From the NCBI RefSeq assembly GCF_001194135.2, contig NC_068983.1, positions 116,553,152 to 116,595,840 on the forward strand: a stretch of 42,689 nucleotides of DNA, in the 5' to 3' direction. The notes beneath the pieces were generated by a model. The model ran no database searches. It saw only the letters and a list, made by a program, of their open reading frames with translations, and had not been told where the DNA came from. Below are positions 34,276 through 42,689 of this stretch, piece after piece (the first letter of the stretch is position 1; every line of letters begins with the position of its first letter). This stretch comes from Octopus bimaculoides. Taxonomy: Eukaryota. A program made the translations under genes and the position numbers.

Positions 34276-35262
34276 ATGCACATATGCACATGCATAGGCA
34301 TATATACCAATACATATAGCTCAATATACGCGCACTCAAACACGTATATATACATTCATTTTCATACATATAGAAGTGAATATCGATCTCTCTATTTCAA
34401 TACACACATGCGCGCGCGCACACACACACACATACACACACGTGCACACATATATACGTAGAGAAAGATAGTTACTTTCATATTCTTATAATTAGTATTT
34501 AATTGCAATAAATACTCAACTTCCTTTTATTAAAACCTAATTATTCAGTAGAGTAATTTAAGGTAATTTGAAGACTATTTATTTTGCAGTCACATTTTTT
34601 CTCCCTGACTCAAAAAATATTTTCCATTCTTTACATTAGCAAAATTGCTCCAGTAAAAGCATTTAAATAATGGCATACTACTTAAAGAAAAATAACTAGA
34701 AGAAGTGACAGTATCAAGACAGATATCCTGTTACCAACATGCATTTCTCGTCCGCGCTAATTATTTGTGCCTTCATTTTCGTAAGTGAAATTCTTTAACT
34801 TCATTGTTATATTGTTTGTTTTTATACAGAAATTATTGTTTTGTTGTATTGTACGATTATCTAATCATGTTATGTTAACTTCATTTTCTTTTCGAAACGT
34901 TTGCTGGTGTTGTTTAACCCTAGATTCTAATCGAGCAGATCTATAATGTTAAGGTGCTTCGGTCGTGATTATCCCCACTTCTTTACTTTGCAGGCAGTGT
35001 AACAATGATGACATTAACCAATATACTTTTAACAGAAATATTTTTGTAAAAATTGAGAAGATTTGGCTGCCATTTTTAAAAGTTGAGTAATCAGATAGAA
35101 AGCCATTCTTCATGTGGTGTCCACAATGGAGAAGGGTAACGTAGACACGATCAGAGAACAACTATTACTTTTTCCCACCGCTTGGCATTGGCAGAGGACT
35201 CGTTTCACTACAGTGATTGTGGTTAAAGATACTGCTTTTATTATTTTACTCTTTCTTTCAGG

Positions 35263-35478
35263 TGTGTGTCTGTGTTTGTTCCCCTACCACCGCTTGACAA
35301 CCGATGGTGGCGTGTCTACGTCCTTGTAACTTAGCGGTTTGGCATAAGGTTTGGCATAAGAGGCCGATAGAATAAATGCTAGGCTTACAAAGAATAAGTC
35401 CTGGGGTCGATTTGCTCGACTAAAGGCGGTGCTCCAGCATGGCCGCAGTCAAATGGCTGAAACAAGTAAAAGAATAAA
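35263..35478 (+). mobile_element. SINE family B, 3' half
   Basis: ccaccgcttgacaaccgatg...cctggggtcgatttgctcgactaaaggcggtgctccagcatggccgcagtc...agtaaaagaataaa; contains a 12-bp tandem duplication ggtttggcataa. Confidence 0.75.
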
Positions 35479-37084
35479 ATAATTCATCTATTCCTCCATC
35501 CATCCATCCATTCATTCATCCATCCATTCATTCATCCATCCACTCATTCATCCATCCATTCAATCTATCTGTGAACACATATCTCCTAAAGCTACCTTCT
35601 TAAAAATAATCATGTTCATTATGCTATAGAATTTTCACTGTAAAATTTGCACTATGATTCTGGTGTGAAGTTTTCTTATATACCTTAAACCAATATTTTG
35701 AGTACAAACTTGGCATAACTTATTCAGAAACAGATACGAGAGCTATACCTCTGCTTTTTCATTTTCTTCCATTTTATTTTCTTGCATTTTAATTTTGGTC
35801 TTTCATTTGTGTATAAATTCAGTTTGCGTATAAATTCAGTTTTGTTAAATTAAAGCTTTAAATACATTTTTATCAGTTTCAAAGTAGTGAGCGTCATATC
35901 TTTACCTGTGTTAAGAGCTGCACAGACTGAATGAAAGTTTATTAACTTTTTAGTGTGAAATGCATAAGATTAGATCCATCAAAATAGACTGATGTGAGTA
36001 ATTAGATATTCTATTAATTGCTATAACTGAATTAGACCCTGAAAATTAGGTGCTTAACAGACCAATCTAGATAATTTAAATTTTTGTTTTTCAGTTACTG
36101 GCCCATGCAGTAAGTGGCAAGTATATTACTGATGTCTTGAAAAGGAACGTAAGTAGCATTTATTATCGTATGCACAACGGGTCCTAGAATGTAGTCCTAA
36201 AAATCTAGGGCATGTTATCTGAAACAACAACAACAAAAAATTAAAAATATGGGAATCAGAAGGGTGATGCATGCCTTGCACACAGATAAATCTTTGTCAC
36301 AAATTATAGTGTGGCTTATAATGCGTTGGATACCCATGCTTTATAACTGGACTGAATGAAGCTTTGTAAGTGTTTGCCTAGAAAAGGATTAGAAGCTTAA
36401 GTACGGTGAAATTAAGAAATCAACTAAATCAACGAAATCCTCGAATCCATCACTGCACATACACACAAACGCACTTACATACACAGAGTCGCATATCTAT
36501 GTATGTATTTATGCACATATGTATGTACCCACACGTGTCTACGCGCGTAGGTACACCGTGATCTATACACACACAGACGAAGGTCGATTCATATGAAAAA
36601 GAAACTGAACAAAATGAAATACTTCGAGAAAATATTGCATAGAATTTGAGAAGTGTTTCGAACGCCTTTCAATCATGGCAGGTGAATTAAACATACTGTA
36701 GTTCTTTGTAGGATATAAATAATATGACCACTCGCTTATGGGGAAATTGTAGGTACGATTTATTTTAATTAAAAAAAAAATTAAAGTATCACCATTATAG
36801 GTATTTATACTCCGGTGAAATTAAGAAATCAACTCGCAAATAAACGAAACCCTCGAATCCATCACTGCATANNNNNNNNNNNNNNNNNNNNNNNNNNNNN
36901 NNNNNNNNNNNNNNNNNNNNNNNNNNNNNNNNNNNNNNNNNNNNNNNNNNNNNNNNNNNNNNNNNNNNNNNNNNNNNNNNNNNNNNNNNNNNNNNNCACA
37001 CACACACACACACACACACACGCAGAGAGTCACATATCTATATATGTATTTATGTATGTTTGAAGATAATCAAATCAAATAATC

Positions 37085-37210
37085 ATTTCGAGCCACTCAC
37101 CCAATTTCTGCCAAATTTGGTCAAAATCCGTTCAGCCGTTTTTCAGTAATTTTGCAAACACATGAAGACAAGTAATTTCAATACCCTGATTTCGCTTACG
37201 CGGTAATTAC
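37085..37210 (+). mobile_element. End of a non-autonomous repeat (Helentron/HINE-like)
   Basis: ccaaatttggtcaaaatccgttcagccgttt...ttcgcttacgcggtaatt resembles the ends of such elements; from memory only. Confidence 0.35.
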
Positions 37211-37289
37211 AAGGTAATAATAATAAGTAATAATGATACTGATGATGATGATAATAATAATAATAATAATAATAATAATATTAATAACA

Positions 37290-38858
37290 AATAGGTAACA
37301 GATACATCGAACCCAGTGTACAAGCAGTACGTCCCAACGAGGAGGCTGAAGAAAGAATAGCGAAAAACAGATATGCGAAAAAAGAGGAGAAAGTAGACCT
37401 ACCTCAAGAACACCAGAATAAAGAAATCATAGAAGGAAAAGAAGATATTATCAGAGAACTCAGCAAGACTGAGTCTACTGACATCATCAATAGAGAACCA
37501 CTGGATAAGTTCTCAAACAACATAAAAAAACAACAACATACTCATGCTATATAATGTTACTCTTAGAGAGATCTTAAGTAATAAGGGAAATGACCTAACA
37601 ACTTTAAATAACCTCATCTATTCCACTGCTAAAGTTGTAACAGCTCAACTACGTATCAGGGCGACACAGAAAAGGACCAACCATGTCAATAGATCTCCTA
37701 AGTGGAAAGTAGCAGTACATAAAGAGATCGAATCTCTGCGGACAGATGTATCAGTTCTCGATGAACTTGCTAGAGGAGTAAATGTTAAGACGAAACGAGC
37801 TTGAAAAGTCAAGCAAAAATATAAAATCAAACATTTTATAAACCTCCTTGCAACCAAGAAACAATTGAAACAACGAATACAGCTGAACTCCCAACGGCTT
37901 AGAAGGTATGACAAACGAAAAACAAATTAATCGACAAAACAAGATATTCAAGACAGACGCAAAGAAATTTTGTAGGGAAATTACCAAAAGTAAGATAGAA
38001 GTAAAGGAGCCACCTAAGAATGAGGAAATGGAAGAGTTCTGAAGGAAGATATGGAGCAAACCCCCCCCCCCCAAAAAAAAAAACACAAAACAAACAAATG
38101 GTAAAGCTGACAGGATAAAACATGAAAAAGTGAGACTGGATGAAGTTGAAGAGCAGAAATGGAAGGCAATAGGAACAGAAGAGCTAAGATGTGGTCTTAG
38201 GAATTTTCACTAATGGAAAACTCCAGGACTGGATCGAATTCCTAACTTCTGGCTAAATTGTCCGACAGAAGTACACCAAAATTTAGCTACATCTCTAACT
38301 GATGTCATCCAGAACCCAGAGCAAATACCTGCCTGGATAACTGAAGGAACAACATACCTTCTACCAAAAACTGAAGACAAAAATCCAAAGAACTACCAAC
38401 CAATAACATGTCTCAACCTCACCTACAAGATCCTCATATCCATATTAACTGACAGAATATATGCTTTCCTTGAACAGAGATCTATCCTTCCACAACCTCA
38501 AGAAGGCTGGAAAAAGTAATTCTTATGGGTGCAAAGATCAATTATTCATAAGTAACAAGATTGTAGAGAATTGCCGGAGCAAAAAGAGAAACCCGAGTAT
38601 GGTATGGATAGACTACAGGAAAACGTTTGATAGTGTGCCTCATAATTGGATACTTAAGGCACTTAAAATATATAAGGCCTCTCCTGTCATCTCCAAATTC
38701 TTACAAGGTATCATGATGAAGTGGAACACACGTCTCCTTCTAAACCATAGAAATGGGATGAGTCAAACTAATATCAACATCAAAAAGGCATCTTTCAAGG
38801 TGACTCCCTCTCCCCGTTACTCTTTTACAAGGCACTGATCCCACTCTCAAACGAACTA
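37290..38858 (+). pseudogene. R4/Dong-like LINE ORF fragment, truncated in RT
   Basis: DLTTLNNLIYSTA...PKWK...EIESLRTD; PGLDRIPNFWL; GTTYLLPK...NYQPITCL...YKIL; GCKDQL...WIDYRKTFDSVPHNWI; GIFQGDSLSPLLF. Preceded by (TGA)/(TAA)n at 37236-37286. Confidence 0.92.
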
Positions 38859-38859
38859 T

Positions 38860-39022
38860 CTGAACAGGTGCACGCTGTACCACGCATAAGGGTCAACGTG
38901 ATCACAGAGCAACGTAAGATGGAGTGTTTTGCTGAAGAACACAACGCACCACTCGGTCTAGGAGTTGAAACCACGATCTAGCGACAGTGAATGAAACACT
39001 CTAACCACTAACCATGCATAGG
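38860..39022 (-). mobile_element. Diverged tRNA-headed SINE fragment (family A-like head)
   Basis: Reverse complement tggttagtggttagagtg...gtggtttcaactcc...gtgttcttcagcaaaacac. Confidence 0.65.
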
Positions 39023-39479
39023 TGTAGAAAGTTAGTAAGCTTCGAGAAGTCTGGAGAAGTTATAAAAAACAACTTCCAGGAACAATTATAGTTTATTGGT
39101 GTTGAAGGTTCTAGGTTTTCCTATATCAAAGTTCTATAGGGTGGAAAGTTATTTTATAGTTGGAGCTTAGCATGCGGGGTTTCTAAGTATGCGAATAAAA
39201 GTCTAAATTGAAGGAATGAAGCAGGTAAAATCCAGAGTAGATATGTTTCCAAGCTAATACACACGCACACACACACACGCACACGCACGCACGCATGCAC
39301 ACATATACACATACACACACATATGTGTTAGCTGTGAGTGAGCACAAAGGGAGTATAACTAGCATTGTGAGGATAGTATTGTATCATTGAAGTCAAACTC
39401 GTAGCAAAAAGACTTTAGCTGCAAGTTAGAATTGTTAATTTAATTATTAAGATTTATTTCTTGTATGTAACTTGATTTG

Positions 39480-39837
39480 TGGAGGCGCAATGGACCAGTG
39501 GTTAGGGCAGCGGACATGCGGTCATAGGATCGTGGTTTCGATTCCCAGACCGGGCGTTGTGAGTGTTTATTGAGCGAAAACACCTAAAGCTCCACGAGCT
39601 CCGGCAGGGGATAGTGGCGAACCCTGTTGTACTCTTTCACCACAACTTTCTCTCACTCTTACTTCCTGTTTCTGTTGTGCCTGTAATTCAAAGGGTCAGC
39701 CTTGTCACACTGTGTCACGCTGAATATCCCCGAGAACTACGTTAAGGGTACACGTGTCTGTGGAGTGCTCAGCCACTTGCACGTTAATTTCACAAGCAGG
39801 CTGTTCCGTTGATCGTAAGCGACGGAGTGCCATAAAC
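39480..39837 (+). mobile_element. SINE family A, full length with 11-bp TSD
   Basis: TSD aacttgatttg at 39469-39479 and 39838-39848; ~24-bp deletion near the 3' end relative to the 2563 copy. Confidence 0.92.
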
Positions 39838-40620
39838 AACTTGATTTGATTCGGTGTGTGATTGTTAATACGTATGTTTTACACATCTGTATATTACTGC
39901 TTTTATAAGATGAAGACTTCCTAGTGATTTAGCTTAAATTGATCGTTGCTACGGTTCAAATTTCTTGCGATGATCAATGATTATTTTGCATGCCCAAGCA
40001 TGATTTTCAATCCGAAATTTCCTTCATTTGGCTGTGGAAATTGATGAATATCATTTAAAATATACATACATAGATATATGAATATATGTCTATGTTTTAA
40101 TATAATGAACGCTTGGAAAAAATTACTTTGATGAGAGTTCAGGCTTGTTCCAGTTTTTGAACTAGCTTTAGGAAAATTTCATATTTTCAACAGCAACCAG
40201 AATCTGTAAAAGCCCAAATATGTTTTGACTATGAATTATTATTGTCATCAATATTGGTTTATATTCATATTCAGGAAAGAAAGGAGTGTACTATATCCTA
40301 CGATTGCCCCAGTCCGCATGAAGTATGTGTTGGACATATTTGTACGAAAGATCTCCCCTGTAATAAGGACAACGATTGCTTTTTCTACGGTACGTAAACA
40401 ATTGATTTTTAAAAAGTTGTTTCCAAATGTTTTTGAAATATAATGACAAATCTTCTTAAATATAATTTAATATAAATTCTGTTACTACATACAAAAAAAA
40501 AATGATTTTTTATCAAATATTTATATTTAAGATGCTTGTAGAGGTTAAATCAAAATTCATAGTTCTTTTCTAAAATTTTTTGTATATATTACATATTCCT
40601 TTTCTGATTTTCTCATAATG

Positions 40621-40761
40621 ACACACACACACACACACCCACACACACACACACACACACACAGACACACACAGAGACACAGACACACACACACACACAC
40701 ACAGACACACACAGACACACACACGGACACACACAGACACAGACACACACACACACACACA
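40621..40761. repeat. (CA)n/(CAGA) complex microsatellite
   Basis: Directly visible. Confidence 0.95.
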
Positions 40762-41534
40762 CATATATATAACTACCTGCCAAATTTCATATTAGACATG
40801 TCTGTGAGATAATGCCTATAGATAATGCACTTTAAACTCAAATAACTCGGGCTGGTGTAAACAGATGTAATGAAGGTACGACTACTACTTTGAAGAGTGA
40901 CCACCTGCACACAATAGACGTGTTTGAAATGATGGCTTGTTGGAAGGTCATTGTAACAATGATGACATTAGCCAATATACTTTTAAAAGAAATATTTTTG
41001 TGAAAATTGAGAAGATTTGGCTGCCATTTTTAAAAATTGGAATGTCATTAGTATTAGATTAAGTTTCATAAATTAACAAGATGACAATTCCTGAGGGGGG
41101 CGAGTGATATTTTTAACAGTTCTACCTGTTGTATGTCTATTATCAGATTTATCTACTTCATTTAAATTGTAAGAGAGTAAAGCCAGAAGATAATCAGATA
41201 ATATTTAGACATTTGAATGTATCATTGACAAGGCCAAAAGAGGCCGGAATCTTGTGATTTGGTAGTCTCGGCAGCGGAAGTAGCGTTGATTATCTGCCGC
41301 TGGTGATTGTTATGATGTGCTTTTATGCACCGAAAGCCATATGAAAGTTTCCCTCTCTTGGTAAATATTGCAGTATCTTTGTGTTCTAACGCGACATCTA
41401 ATTTTAAGTGCTGATTATTTTTACCTTCTGGTATTAACACTGCTTGTATCACTCTATTTATATTCGGCTGTAGTATTTTCATTCCGTAATAATAAAACCA
41501 ACTAAATCACGAAGTATTTGTAATTAGTAATTAA

Positions 41535-42480
41535 TCTATATTAAACTCAAAGTTTGTCTGTCTCTCTGTTTTCCTGCTCTTTGATTAAGAAAAAAAAATC
41601 AAGTTGGAAATATCGATTTGCGGCGGTGATACTTCAGAAAGATGTCGCAGCCGGCACCTACCGTCCGTTCTTTGCCCTTCCTGTTTTCTTTTTTCTTCCC
41701 TTAATCATTTATAAAATTTTCGGAGTGCTGTGAACTGAAAGATATTTCCCCTATTTTTTTTTATGAGATATTTTTTTTTATAACAATTCATAAGAGTATT
41801 TTTCTCGGATGCTACCAAAAAGGTCTGGTTCGAGTTTTTTCCGACACCCGAAGCCAAAAGGATGAGGGAAAGGGAGAGGTATTAACTAAACAGAGAAAGA
41901 TGTTTGAAGACAAAAAGAGAGCGATTAAAAACAGAGACAACGTAGATTGGAAAGAAAACAAATCCGACGTTTAAACGGACAATATGATCAAGGGGCCGAA
42001 AGACTAGGGCAAGATCGAACGAGACATCAGCACATTCGTTTAAGTGAAAATTATAATCGAAAGGCTGAAGGATCGAATGAGACAACAGCAAGTTCGTTTG
42101 AATGAAATTGAAGAACAGACATGACTTAGATTAGAAGCTTAATGACTTCGAAAACAACACCATCGACTCCGCAACCATCAAGGTATTGATGTCTCTCGGA
42201 AAAAAAAGGAATCAAATATGCTCCTATTGTAGAACTTTCAAATTTTCAGGAGAAATGCCAACTTTTTGCTGTATGAATAGAAAAGTCAATTTAGCACCGT
42301 TAACTGACTTACCACCAGGAACGTGTGAATTATTTGAAGGTGAGACAAAAGTAGGAAACATTTCAGAAAATATGCCAGGCAGTACGACTGCAGTTCCCAA
42401 ATAACATCTTTTAATTGCAAGGAGAGTCGGCAACCTGTAAATTACAATCCCTCGGTCATAATTCATGGACAAATTTCCTA
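41535..42480 (+). mobile_element. Helitron 5' end and RepHel N-terminal fragment
   Basis: A|TCTATATTAAA start; CSYCRTFKFSGEMPTFCCMNRKVNLAPL..LP...LFEGET then KHFRKYARQYDCSSQITSF, the typical Helitron C..C.A.KF..E...CC..GKV.L...R.YN..F..TSF block. Confidence 0.85.
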
Positions 42481-42689
42481 TCTATCTATCTATCATCATG
42501 GACGGACGGTAGACACATCGGCTCCCATGTAAGTTGCATTTTTCACCTCTTAAAAGACCTATTTTGTTTTAAAATTTTGTATAAGTTGTGTATAACACAA
42601 AATACTTCGTGAACATATATTTTTCAAATCGGAAATAGCTCTATTTAGAGCCTTATTTCCAAAAATTCAAACATATCTTCCTCGTTCCT

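Noticed and set aside
41222-41482. 86-aa minus-strand ORF
   Set aside because: No recognisable domain and no convincing splice sites; cannot be supported without a search.

Overview
AT-rich, microsatellite-saturated eukaryotic DNA with six N-gaps. I found no supportable host-gene exon, so it is intergenic or deep intronic. The SINE families and repeat style suggest an octopod cephalopod (inference from recognition, not from a search). Most of the window is decayed mobile DNA: three tRNA-headed SINE families (called A, B, C here), R4/Dong-like and RTE LINE fragments, a Penelope-like GIY-YIG fragment, a degenerate Gypsy element, two Helitron fragments, and several Tc1/mariner, Tigger/pogo, MULE, hAT and possible piggyBac remnants and MITEs. 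The most interesting signal is non-coding: four type I hammerhead-ribozyme-like motifs, all on the minus strand, each with a different palindromic stem III. One is near-intact (32088-32163) and sits in a 259-bp, hairpin-rich TG...CA solo-LTR-like unit with ATAT on both sides, a retrozyme-like architecture. All translations and pairings were done by eye.
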